A stretch of 64,000 nt of DNA from a virus. Lineage: Duplodnaviria; Heunggongvirae; Uroviricota; Caudoviricetes. Made by a program: the position numbers and the translations under genes. The notes beneath the pieces are model-generated. The model saw nothing but the letters and a program-made list of their open reading frames with translations, searched no databases and was not told the origin of the DNA. The DNA lies in the IMG/VR virus record IMGVR_UViG_3300031999_000001, positions 1 through 64,000 of that record; one strand, written 5' to 3'. This document shows positions 27,308-36,360 of this stretch, piece by piece (positions within the stretch are counted from its first letter, which is position 1; each line of letters begins with the position of its first letter).

Positions 27308-28282
27308 TTATTTTTTTACACCCTTATCATTAAAAATCAAAAATTCAAATTCAAATCCTCTATCAATCACAGATTGTCTTTTTATATTAATTAAATCCAT
27401 ATTTAAATTTATTGTATATGTTGACTTTATTTCAAATATTTTATGTTTACTTTTAACATATATATCTGGGAAATATCTACGATTTTTATTTTTCTTTATA
27501 TCATAAAACCAAAAAGTACCAATTTCTTTTTCAATTTCTTTATTGCCAATAATAATATCATTTTCATTTATACTTTCACTTAATAAATATTCAATTCCAT
27601 AATTTTCATATCCTTGAATTTTAACAATTCTTCCTGATGGTAACACATATTTTTTTGCACAAATACCAGTAAGCAATTTTTTATCCATTACTTCTGAAAC
27701 TTGACTAACATTGGTGAATGTAATTCCATATTTTTTTTGAATTGTTTTTATGCATTCATCATGAACTTCTTTTGATTGAAATGGATAATCTACTCCATAA
27801 TGTTTTCTACTTGTGGCAATTTTTTTATTTTTAATTATAAGAGATTTGGACACATTATCAACTCCAAAATGTTTGATTGATGTATTCATTTTTTTATTTT
27901 TTATAATATCGGATTGAGAAATATTATCAACACCATATTTTTTTCTACATTTTTCAATTTTTTTTATTTTAGATATGTTTAATTGTGAAATATTATTAAC
28001 ATTATATTTTTCCTTTAAAAATTTTTTGGTACGTTTTATTCGACATTTTGAAGAACACACAAATCCCCTTTTACATCTCATATATTGTTTAAATGGTACT
28101 TTAACTTCTTTTTGACATTCTTCACAAATACATGAAACAATTTCATTACTATCAGGATTTAATTCAGATGATTTAATTTCAATAATATCACCATATTTAC
28201 AATTAATGCCACATTTTCTATAAAATTTCTTATTATTACCATAAATTTTTACTTTATGAATTTGTTCAATTAAATTTTTCAT
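27308..28282 (-). CDS. zinc-ribbon / repeat / PD-(D/E)xK-like putative DNA-binding nuclease
   Basis: N-terminal Cys cluster (CxxC..CxxC). Five ~25-aa repeats K(K/H)YGVDN(I/V)SQS..IIKNKK. C-terminal FPDIYVKSKHKIFEIKS (D-x10-E-x-K). Confidence 0.4.
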   Translation of the reverse strand: MKNLIEQIHKVKIYGNNKKFYRKCGINCKYGDIIEIKSSELNPDSNEIVSCICEECQKEVKVPFKQYMRCKRGFVCSSKCRIKRTKKFLKEKYNVNNISQLNISKIKKIEKCRKKYGVDNISQSDIIKNKKMNTSIKHFGVDNVSKSLIIKNKKIATSRKHYGVDYPFQSKEVHDECIKTIQKKYGITFTNVSQVSEVMDKKLLTGICAKKYVLPSGRIVKIQGYENYGIEYLLSESINENDIIIGNKEIEKEIGTFWFYDIKKNKNRRYFPDIYVKSKHKIFEIKSTYTINLNMDLINIKRQSVIDRGFEFEFLIFNDKGVKK

Positions 28283-28313
28283 GATTTTCTTTTTCTATAA
28301 ATACTTAAGAAAA

Positions 28314-28934
28314 TCATTTTCTATCGTCATCCAGTATAATATATCTATTTTTCAATCCGATGTTGAGTTCTTTGGCAATTATTCTCAGATTTGTTTTGGC
28401 GATGTTCAGACGATATTCCGTATTACGAATTTCGTTTTCAAGTTGATTGGCTTCTTTAAGCAATATTTGTTTGAACTCCGGGTCAGTAGATTTAATTACT
28501 TCTTTATGAATATCATTTTCTCCTGACATCCACATCCATTCAGGAAGTTCATTGTGTATTGCCGTACCAATATTATTTGAATATGTTGCACAAGAATTTG
28601 CTTGTTTGAAAGTATTGATACTATAATCTTTATCACGGATAAGATATCTTACAGGAAATTGTTTAAAATATTCAATGTCTTCAGCATCAATTTGTTTTTG
28701 ATATTCTTCATATGTTTTAACACTTATTCCTTCACCATAAAAATAATTAAAAAACTTTTTTAATTCATTTCTGAATTCTTCAAGTTCTTCCTGATTATCA
28801 AAATAAAAATCTTCTTCAAGTTTCCATTGGGATTCATTGATGCCAACTGATGGGTCACCTTTAGCTGTAATGTAAAAACCAGTTATTTTCATAATTTTTG
28901 ATATATTTTTTAAGAATTTTTTTGTAATTTTCAT
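28314..28934 (-). CDS. hypothetical protein
   Basis: ORF only. Confidence 0.4.
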   Translation of the reverse strand: MKITKKFLKNISKIMKITGFYITAKGDPSVGINESQWKLEEDFYFDNQEELEEFRNELKKFFNYFYGEGISVKTYEEYQKQIDAEDIEYFKQFPVRYLIRDKDYSINTFKQANSCATYSNNIGTAIHNELPEWMWMSGENDIHKEVIKSTDPEFKQILLKEANQLENEIRNTEYRLNIAKTNLRIIAKELNIGLKNRYIILDDDRK

Positions 28935-28945
28935 AATATTAATTG

Positions 28946-29122
28946 TTAATTAAGACTTGGATGTTCAATAACTTCATATCCAAAATCACGCAGAATTTCA
29001 CGCACAACATACCACTCGCCATTAAATTCCAATGCATCAACAGTTGATTGTGGTGCATTACTGTGAAATTTAATAATCTTTTCATTTATATCATCATGAT
29101 ATGTGCGTAATTCAATTTTCAT
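28946..29122 (-). CDS. small hypothetical protein (58 aa)
   Basis: Below the ORF-track threshold; promoter copy F sits 9 nt upstream. Confidence 0.25.
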   Translation of the reverse strand: MKIELRTYHDDINEKIIKFHSNAPQSTVDALEFNGEWYVVREILRDFGYEVIEHPSLN

Positions 29123-29130
29123 AATAATGT

Positions 29131-29161
29131 TTTATACGAATTATATTATAAAAGGTTACAT
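29131..29161 (-). promoter_or_regulatory. conserved phage promoter-like motif, copy F (ATGTAA-N19-TATAAA)
   Basis: TGTAAC and TTCGTATA cores conserved. Confidence 0.4.
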
Positions 29162-29692
29162 TTTTTCTTGTTTTATTATCTTAAGTTCGTACAAATATAG
29201 AAAAAGAAATTAATAAAACAATAAAAAGTATTTATCTTTTTAGGAATATTTGTAATAAGATCAAAAATAATTCGTATTATTGTAAAAATTATAAATATTC
29301 AGATTTATAAAAATTATCTTATATTTAATTAATTTTAAAATGAATGAATCATGGTGGTTTTTAATTGGAATTGCATCATTTATAATAATTGCGTTTACTT
29401 TATTAAAATATGGACTTTTTACTCAATCTAAAAGAAAAAAGAAATTGTAATTAGTATGCAGAGTATGTTGCTAAACAATTAAATAAGAAAACTGTATGGG
29501 TAGAATAAATGATGATTATGGTCCTGATTTAAAAAAGGAAGATATTAATATATATTTTAATATACATATTAATATTGAGATGAGTAAAGAAAATGTGTTA
29601 AATAAAAATGAACCTGACAATATATGTATAATATAATACATATTTCTTGCATTTTCAGATAATATGGTTTATATTAGCACAAATTTTAAATT

Positions 29693-30262
29693 ATGAAAAA
29701 CTTAGGACATTTAATGCTTGATCTTGAAACGATGGGCAAGCGAGCAGGATGTGCAATTGTATCAATTGGTGCAATCGAATTCGATTTGGAAACTGGTGAA
29801 ATGGGCAGAAAATTTTATGAACCTGTCGATCTTCAGTCTTGTTTAAATGTTGGTCTTTTTGTAGAAGCCAGTACAATTTATTGGTGGATGATGCAAAACG
29901 AAGAAGCAAGAAAAGAACTTTGTAAACCTGCCGTTAGTATTCAAAATGTTTTAGTGGCATTTACTTCATTTTTACATTGTCTTGGTGATTTTCAGCTTTG
30001 GGGAAATGGTGCAAGTTTTGATATGTCAATTCTTGAAGCAGCGTATTTTGCTATTGGTCTGGGAGAAATATTACCTTGGAAATTCAGAAATGAAAGAGAT
30101 GTTCGTACTTTAGTTTCTTTTGCTCCCGAAATCAAAGACAATTATCGTAAAATGGGAATAACGCATTGCGCTATTGATGATTGTAAACACCAAATTGAAT
30201 ATTGTGTTGCTATTTGGCAAAAATTAAAAAGTAATCATCTTACATCGCTTTCATTAAAATAA
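29693..30262 (+). CDS. DEDDh 3'-5' exonuclease (oligoribonuclease/ExoX-like)
   Basis: Exo I LMLDLETMG, Exo II WGNGASFDMSIL, Exo III HCAIDDCKHQ. The N-terminus resembles Orn (LIWIDLEMTGL). Confidence 0.6.
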   Translation: MKNLGHLMLDLETMGKRAGCAIVSIGAIEFDLETGEMGRKFYEPVDLQSCLNVGLFVEASTIYWWMMQNEEARKELCKPAVSIQNVLVAFTSFLHCLGDFQLWGNGASFDMSILEAAYFAIGLGEILPWKFRNERDVRTLVSFAPEIKDNYRKMGITHCAIDDCKHQIEYCVAIWQKLKSNHLTSLSLK

Positions 30263-30281
30263 ATTTTATAATAAGCATTAT

Positions 30282-30656
30282 ATGATAAAATGGAAAGAAG
30301 AATTTAAAAAATATCTTGCAAAAAAATTTAATGAAAAAATGGGGTATGAGATTAACCCCCAAAATATACATTCTATTGAAATAAATACTGAAATTAAAAT
30401 TGATTTATTGTCCGTTGAAGATTTGGCATTTACTTATGCTTTTGCAATAATGGACGAAAATTTTGAGCAGGCAAAGTTTATCAATGATGAATTTACCAAA
30501 AGAAATTGTGAGATTAAAATTAATATTGACGAAAAAAATCATTGTGGTACAATTGATGTTTATCAACTACCTGAAATTAGTTGTGCGTTATTGTCAATAT
30601 CTTTGAAAGTTTTACCAGATGGTATGATGATTGATTTTGAAAAACAAAATTTATAA
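30282..30656 (+). CDS. hypothetical protein
   Basis: ORF only. Confidence 0.4.
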   Translation: MIKWKEEFKKYLAKKFNEKMGYEINPQNIHSIEINTEIKIDLLSVEDLAFTYAFAIMDENFEQAKFINDEFTKRNCEIKINIDEKNHCGTIDVYQLPEISCALLSISLKVLPDGMMIDFEKQNL

Positions 30657-30662
30657 AATAAT

Positions 30663-31013
30663 ATGGAAAATTTAAAAACTGAAAAATTTAAAGAAAAAAT
30701 ATTTAATTTCATTGATAATACTGAATGGAATTTTATTGGAAATAAGCCTGTAATAATTGATTTTTATACCGATTGGTGTAGTCCATGTAAAAGAGTTGCT
30801 CCAATTCTTGAAGAACTCAGCACTGAATATTTAAGCATTGATTTTTATAAAGTAAATGCTGAAAATGAAAATGAATTGGCTACATTTTTTCATATTAAAA
30901 GTGTTCCTTCAATACTTTTTATACCATTAACAGGAACACCACAAATGGTAGTGGGTGGTGTTCCAAAAGGAATTTTAAAAGAAAAAATTAAAAATATTTT
31001 CAATATTGATTAA
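30663..31013 (+). CDS. trx: thioredoxin
   Basis: FYTDWCSPCKRVAP (WCxPC active site) in a ~115 aa protein. Confidence 0.8.
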   Translation: MENLKTEKFKEKIFNFIDNTEWNFIGNKPVIIDFYTDWCSPCKRVAPILEELSTEYLSIDFYKVNAENENELATFFHIKSVPSILFIPLTGTPQMVVGGVPKGILKEKIKNIFNID

Positions 31014-31028
31014 TATTTTCTCATTTTT

Positions 31029-31059
31029 TTGTAACATTTTAATTTATTTTTCGTATAAT
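31029..31059 (+). promoter_or_regulatory. conserved phage promoter-like motif, copy G (TTGTAA-N19-TATAAT)
   Basis: TTTCGTATAAT; 19 nt upstream of the ATG at 31079. Confidence 0.5.
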
Positions 31060-31078
31060 ACTTTAAATAATTACAAAA

Positions 31079-31879
31079 ATGACAAAGAAAAAAATAGTGA
31101 TTGACCCGCAGAAACATGCTGAAATGCTTTTGGAAAGAGAATTCACTGAAATCAAAGAAAACATTGCTTTTGGTATATTACCATTAAATCCCACAAGATT
31201 TTTTAAGGTTGGTGAACAGGTACAATTTGGTGCACATCATGAAACCTATATTCGTGAAATCTTTGAAAATGGATTATATTATAAAATTGAATCAATCGGT
31301 GTTCAACGTGAAAGAGATAAGCCACCTGTAAATGAATTTTATGTACTTGGATGGCATGATATATTTCCTATTGGTTGTTCTGGTCAAACTAAATTTGCAA
31401 AAAAAGAAGAACATTTTCTCAGCCTTTCAAATACTTCACTGGAGTCTTTATTATTTAAGGTGTATGGTGCTGGTGTCGATTTTGATGTTGATTATCAGCG
31501 TGATCATGTATGGACACTTGCAGATAAAATTGCCCTTATTGATAGTATTTTCAATAATATTGATATTGGTAAATTTGTTTTTGTTCAACGTAATATGGGT
31601 TATAATGGTAAACTTTATGAAGTTATTGATGGCAAACAAAGACTTACTGCCATTTATGAATTTTATGAAGATAGATTTCAATATAATGGTTTTTATTATT
31701 CACAATTGTCATTTGAAGATAAAAATAAATTTAAAAATCATGGAATTACTTACGGATATTTGGAAAATCCAAATAAAAGAAGTATATTTGAAACCTTTAT
31801 TAAACTTAATACTTGTGGAAAGCCAATGGCATTGAAACATATTGATAAAGTAAAAAAATTATTAGATGAACTTGGATAA
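31079..31879 (+). CDS. DUF262 (ParB-like / GmrSD N-terminal) domain protein
   Basis: YQRDHVW ... IDGKQRLTAI matches the DUF262 DGQQR motif; standalone, with no DUF1524/HNH partner. Confidence 0.55.
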   Translation: MTKKKIVIDPQKHAEMLLEREFTEIKENIAFGILPLNPTRFFKVGEQVQFGAHHETYIREIFENGLYYKIESIGVQRERDKPPVNEFYVLGWHDIFPIGCSGQTKFAKKEEHFLSLSNTSLESLLFKVYGAGVDFDVDYQRDHVWTLADKIALIDSIFNNIDIGKFVFVQRNMGYNGKLYEVIDGKQRLTAIYEFYEDRFQYNGFYYSQLSFEDKNKFKNHGITYGYLENPNKRSIFETFIKLNTCGKPMALKHIDKVKKLLDELG

Positions 31880-32261
31880 ACCCATAATTATACTTGATTT
31901 AGATGGAGTTATGTGCACCACACGTCAATATTATACCAATAAGAAAAAATGGCATCCAATATATGATTGTTATCGTTTTGATGAAAAATGTGTTAAGGTA
32001 CTCAATATTATAATTGAAAAAACAAATCCTATTATTGTACTTTCAAGTGATTGGAAAGACCATTATACCATTAATATGTTGAATGGAATATTTGAATGGA
32101 ATAAGGTTAATGCTAAAGTTTCTGATGTCACATCATCTTCTTGGGGTGTTCAGTTCACAAGTTTGCAACAATTGGAAGAATGTCGTTCATATGAAATCAA
32201 TAAATATCTTATATGTTCCACCAAAGGAATATGCAACAATACCAGATTCGTTAATTCGTAA
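31866..32261 (+). CDS. HAD-superfamily phosphatase-like protein
   Basis: Motif I IIILDLDGVM near the N-terminus; small size. Confidence 0.4.
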   Translation: MNLDKPIIILDLDGVMCTTRQYYTNKKKWHPIYDCYRFDEKCVKVLNIIIEKTNPIIVLSSDWKDHYTINMLNGIFEWNKVNAKVSDVTSSSWGVQFTSLQQLEECRSYEINKYLICSTKGICNNTRFVNS

Positions 32262-32276
32262 ATTACCATTTTAATT

Positions 32277-32522
32277 ATGAAAACAACATTATTAAAAATT
32301 CTTTGGAAAAAAGAAATTATTCATTGGAAACGAATTGGACAGATGTTCAAAAAATTCAATAGTTGGATAAGTAAATTAACTTTTGGTTTGATTGTTGCTG
32401 TTTTTATTACAATATTTCATTATGCATTTGCAATAATGCATACACTATATGAAATATTTTTGTTTATCTTTGCAAAACAATCATTTCAAGCTAATTTACA
32501 AAAATTAATATTAAAAGTATGA
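32277..32522 (+). CDS. small membrane protein
   Basis: One to two hydrophobic helices. Confidence 0.3.
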   Translation: MKTTLLKILWKKEIIHWKRIGQMFKKFNSWISKLTFGLIVAVFITIFHYAFAIMHTLYEIFLFIFAKQSFQANLQKLILKV

Positions 32523-33037
32523 GTTTGTTTGTAACAGATGTAGAATCAGATGGACAGATAATTGGAAAGCATAGTATTGTGTGCTTTGGTGTGGTTAAAC
32601 TAACTCCTGAATTAGATACAACTTTTTATGGTCAAATAAAGCCAATTTCTGATGAATGGATACCAAGCGCACTTGAAGTAAGTGGTTTTAGTCGTGAAGA
32701 ACATTTGAAATTTGATGAACCATTTATTGTTATGGATAATTTTGCTAATTGGTTAAAAGAACATTCTGTTGGCAGACCAATATTAATATCCGATAATAAT
32801 GGATATGATGCTTCATGGATTAATTATTATTTTCATGTTTATCATCATGGCAATCCCTTCGGATGGAGTTCACGTAGAATCGGTGACTTGTATTGTGGTA
32901 TGATGAAAGATACATATGCAAGCTGGAAAAAATTAAGAATAACTAAGCATTCTCATCATCCGGTTGATGATGCAATGGGTAATGCCGAAGCATTATTAAA
33001 AATGAAAGAAATGGGTTTGAAAATTGATACAAAATAA
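32519..33037 (+). CDS. DEDD-family 3'-5' exonuclease-like protein
   Basis: FVTDVESDG (Exo I D-x-E) and HHPVDDAMGN (Exo III H-x4-D). Confidence 0.45.
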   Translation: MSLFVTDVESDGQIIGKHSIVCFGVVKLTPELDTTFYGQIKPISDEWIPSALEVSGFSREEHLKFDEPFIVMDNFANWLKEHSVGRPILISDNNGYDASWINYYFHVYHHGNPFGWSSRRIGDLYCGMMKDTYASWKKLRITKHSHHPVDDAMGNAEALLKMKEMGLKIDTK

Positions 33038-33043
33038 ATTAAA

Positions 33044-33343
33044 ATGTTTGATTTTTTAAAAAATATATTATTTTTGATTCCAATAATGATATATTATCTT
33101 ATAGAATCAATAATTCTTGCACTTTTTATTAATTTAGTTTGGAAACTTATTTTACAATCAAAATTTAATATTTATCTATCATATCTTGATTGGGTTGCAA
33201 TAATCTGGATTATTAAAGTAGTATTTTTTGATATTTTTAAGTTGCTTGGTAATTTTTTCAATGTGATTTATGAGAAAATAGAAGGAATTGAAAAAGACCG
33301 AATTAATAAACAAAATAATAGCACTGGATATAAGACAAATTAA
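33044..33343 (+). CDS. membrane protein
   Basis: Multiple hydrophobic helices. Confidence 0.35.
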   Translation: MFDFLKNILFLIPIMIYYLIESIILALFINLVWKLILQSKFNIYLSYLDWVAIIWIIKVVFFDIFKLLGNFFNVIYEKIEGIEKDRINKQNNSTGYKTN

Positions 33344-33345
33344 TT

Positions 33346-33567
33346 ATGAAATACATAAAAAAAACACCAAGAATAATCGTTAAATTTATTAATGCTGATA
33401 CTGAGGAAATTCTTTTTGAAATAAAAGATAAAACTTGGATGGATGTTGGACAAAATTTCAGTGATTTTAATGTAAGTTCAATACTCACACAAGAACTAAA
33501 AAACAAATCAGTACCAAAAAATATTCTTATAATAGCAGTGGGGGAATTTAAATTAGTTAATTCTTGA
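33346..33567 (+). CDS. hypothetical protein
   Basis: ORF only. Confidence 0.25.
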   Translation: MKYIKKTPRIIVKFINADTEEILFEIKDKTWMDVGQNFSDFNVSSILTQELKNKSVPKNILIIAVGEFKLVNS

Positions 33568-33711
33568 CTTTTTAAATGCTGATTTATTGCAACAATACCA
33601 GACCCAACTAATACAAGCAATTAATTTATTATTTATAAAGGATATGTACACATTATACCCACCCGTACACAAATTGTGTACAACATAAATATTTAAAATA
33701 TATGCTTTTTT

Positions 33712-33742
33712 TTGTAACATTTTTAAATTATTTTCGTATAAT
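33712..33742 (+). promoter_or_regulatory. conserved phage promoter-like motif, copy H (TTGTAA-N19-TATAAT)
   Basis: TTTTCGTATAAT; 26 nt upstream of the ATG at 33769. Confidence 0.5.
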
Positions 33743-33768
33743 TGATTGTAACATTAAATTTAAAGAAA

Positions 33769-34602
33769 ATGAAAAACTTAATTAATTTACTCGTATTTGC
33801 ACTACTAATAAGTGCTAATGTGTTTTGTCAGGGAGATACTTTTGATGACGAAACACCGTTTGCCAATGAAAAATATGCTAATTATCTCTCATTAGATAAA
33901 AGCACGATTCAATATGTTCTTCCATATTTGGATAAACATATTTATTGTTTTATTGCAAATGATCTTTTATATGTTCTTGCATATCGTATTGATGAAGATG
34001 AAAAAGATTGGAAAAGGGAATATAATTATAAAATAGTAAATGATGTTTCTTATAGAAAAAGAGAATGGATGCTTTATTATGTTGATAAAACAAACAATTT
34101 GATTGAAGCGTCAAATGTTGTTCAAACCGATTGTCGATTTGTTTCGGTTGTCAAAGATTATGGCACACATAAAAGTTATAGTGAGGGTAATTATGACTTA
34201 CTGATTCAAAAAGGATTAGGCGATGGTCAAATACGTATACTTAATAATGGTTGTGTGGTTATGTTGCTTTGTAATAGATATAGAAGTGTAGGTATTGATT
34301 ATAATGAAGAGTATAATTACAATGCTATTGCTATATTTGTGCCAAATGGTGATGGAACTTATATCTCAACACGTTTTGAACCACTAAACAAAAAACCAAG
34401 AGAATTATGTGCAAATGACACATTAATAATATCTGAATCTGAAAATAGAATTAAACTTGAATTCTGGAATAAAATGATTTGTGATGAAAATGAAAAACCT
34501 GATGGTTATTCTACATATAACTCAGATACTAATGGTAAAATAATTAAAATTCCTTTTAAAAGAGAATTTATTGCCACATTGAATTTTGATTTAATTCAAT
34601 AA
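33769..34602 (+). CDS. secreted protein / lipoprotein candidate
   Basis: Signal peptide MKNLINLLVFALLISANVFCQG. Start moved from the track's TTG at 33742 to the ATG at 33769. Confidence 0.45.
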   Translation: MKNLINLLVFALLISANVFCQGDTFDDETPFANEKYANYLSLDKSTIQYVLPYLDKHIYCFIANDLLYVLAYRIDEDEKDWKREYNYKIVNDVSYRKREWMLYYVDKTNNLIEASNVVQTDCRFVSVVKDYGTHKSYSEGNYDLLIQKGLGDGQIRILNNGCVVMLLCNRYRSVGIDYNEEYNYNAIAIFVPNGDGTYISTRFEPLNKKPRELCANDTLIISESENRIKLEFWNKMICDENEKPDGYSTYNSDTNGKIIKIPFKREFIATLNFDLIQ

Positions 34603-34604
34603 TA

Positions 34605-35054
34605 ATGATTAAGGTTGTTCCATTTATTCAAACAATAAATAGCGAGAGATTTAAAGAATTTCTCGCCAAACCTTTTACCATTGATATGTTATATCCCGTA
34701 TTTAACAATAAGTCAGTTGAAACCCTTTTTGAAGGATGGCGTGGAAAGGATATGAATAACTGGTACAGATTCACCAATGAAGAAAATTTTATTCTTGAAT
34801 TTTATTTAAATTATTATATTATAAAAAAAGAAGCAAAGACATTTAAAGCAAATGATGTTGTAAAATATCAAATGCCAATACCAAGAAATATTAATGATTT
34901 TATCAATGATATGTATAGATTTGGAATTCAACTTTATTGGACAAAATGGATTGATGAAAACTTTGAACCAAAAGATTATCTTGATAAAGATATGATTTTC
35001 AAATACTATAAAGACTTGTTATTTAAAATGGGCAAATTTAACGATTTGCAATAA
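34605..35054 (+). CDS. hypothetical protein
   Basis: ORF only. Confidence 0.4.
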   Translation: MIKVVPFIQTINSERFKEFLAKPFTIDMLYPVFNNKSVETLFEGWRGKDMNNWYRFTNEENFILEFYLNYYIIKKEAKTFKANDVVKYQMPIPRNINDFINDMYRFGIQLYWTKWIDENFEPKDYLDKDMIFKYYKDLLFKMGKFNDLQ

Positions 35055-35058
35055 TTAT

Positions 35059-35853
35059 TTGTATTTTATGAAAAATTTTATTAATTTTGACACTAATTTT
35101 AACCATATGAATAAGGAAAATGGAATTATTTGGGATAACCTCACATTTAAAACAATTAATTATTGTAAAAATTTTGATTTGGTTAATGATAATGAAAATA
35201 TCATCACTGAACATTCGGGTACAATATCTGAAATAAGAATTGTAGAACATAAACCACCAATCACTGCTGGTGAATTTGGTCTTTCGGTCTGGAATATTGA
35301 ATTAGGTAAAAAATTTAACGTTGATTTTAATAAATTGATTGAAGAACATAAATTTGAGCTTACGTATAGTGAATTGATGAAAATTATTCAGAATAAAAAT
35401 ATTAATATTGAAAATTTTGATAAGCTAATATTGATCAATAATCTTATATTACATCCAAATTATCGAAAACATGGTGTAACTGAAGAATTTGTTGAATATC
35501 TGCACAGGGTTTTCCATACTAAAAATAATGCAATTATTGCTCTTGTTATGCCATTTCAAGACAATCCTGTTGATGCAGATTTTTATTTTAATCAACAGAC
35601 AGTTGAAGTTCGACATTCAATTCAAAAAACACATGAATTTGAAACAATTCCTGCACATATTTATTATTCATTAAGTGAATTTCAAAAAAGAACTGATAAA
35701 GAATTAAATGAATATAAATTATTTTCAGTTGCCACTAAATGTGGGTTTACCAGACTTGATAATTCATATTTGTTTATATATTCACCAGAAAAAATATTCC
35801 AAAGAATGTTGAAAAAAAGAGAAGAAATAAAAAAAGTTAATGTAACAGTATAA
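35059..35853 (+). CDS. hypothetical protein
   Basis: ORF only. Confidence 0.4.
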   Translation: MYFMKNFINFDTNFNHMNKENGIIWDNLTFKTINYCKNFDLVNDNENIITEHSGTISEIRIVEHKPPITAGEFGLSVWNIELGKKFNVDFNKLIEEHKFELTYSELMKIIQNKNINIENFDKLILINNLILHPNYRKHGVTEEFVEYLHRVFHTKNNAIIALVMPFQDNPVDADFYFNQQTVEVRHSIQKTHEFETIPAHIYYSLSEFQKRTDKELNEYKLFSVATKCGFTRLDNSYLFIYSPEKIFQRMLKKREEIKKVNVTV

Positions 35854-35856
35854 TAT

Positions 35857-36096
35857 ATGGGAAAAAAGAAAATTAAACTCGATGAATTTCATTATCATGA
35901 AGCATTGGATAGATCATATATCATTGCAGACATGATTGAAAATGTACTTATTACACATCCAGTTATTGAAAATAACAAAGATTTGAAAATAAAAGTAGAA
36001 AAAGCACAAGACATTATTTGTGAGGTTTATCAGATGATTGGCGGTTTGGTTGTAAAAGAATTTCCCAAACAATCAGAAATAATAAAAAATGAATAA
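35857..36096 (+). CDS. hypothetical protein
   Basis: ORF only. Confidence 0.3.
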   Translation: MGKKKIKLDEFHYHEALDRSYIIADMIENVLITHPVIENNKDLKIKVEKAQDIICEVYQMIGGLVVKEFPKQSEIIKNE

Positions 36097-36360
36097 CATA
36101 TTTGACTTTTTAGTATTTATATTGAATAAATAATGAATAATATTTTTAAAATATTAATAAATTTTCGACAAAAAATACCTTCATGGAAGGTTAATATAAT
36201 TAAAAATTTGGACATACCAAATTTTCTAATACCCAGAAAAACAAATATTTCTGGGCATTTTTGTTTAAATACCGTATTAATTTTCGGTAAAATTTTGAAA
36301 ATTAATTATTGTAATTCATTGATTTTCAATTAAAAATAACATTTATTAACTTTAATAATT

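Noticed and set aside
31021-31061. Reading the conserved motif as a Bacteroidetes-type promoter (TTTG at -33, TAnnTTTG at -7)
   Set aside because: No TAnnTTTG element is present at the right distance. The conserved blocks are TTGTAAC and TTTCGTATAAT with a fixed 19-nt spacer.
31332-31835. Plus-strand 167-aa ORF in an alternative frame inside the DUF262 gene
   Set aside because: Hydrophobic low-complexity translation of an AT-rich frame. The DUF262 frame carries the conserved motifs.
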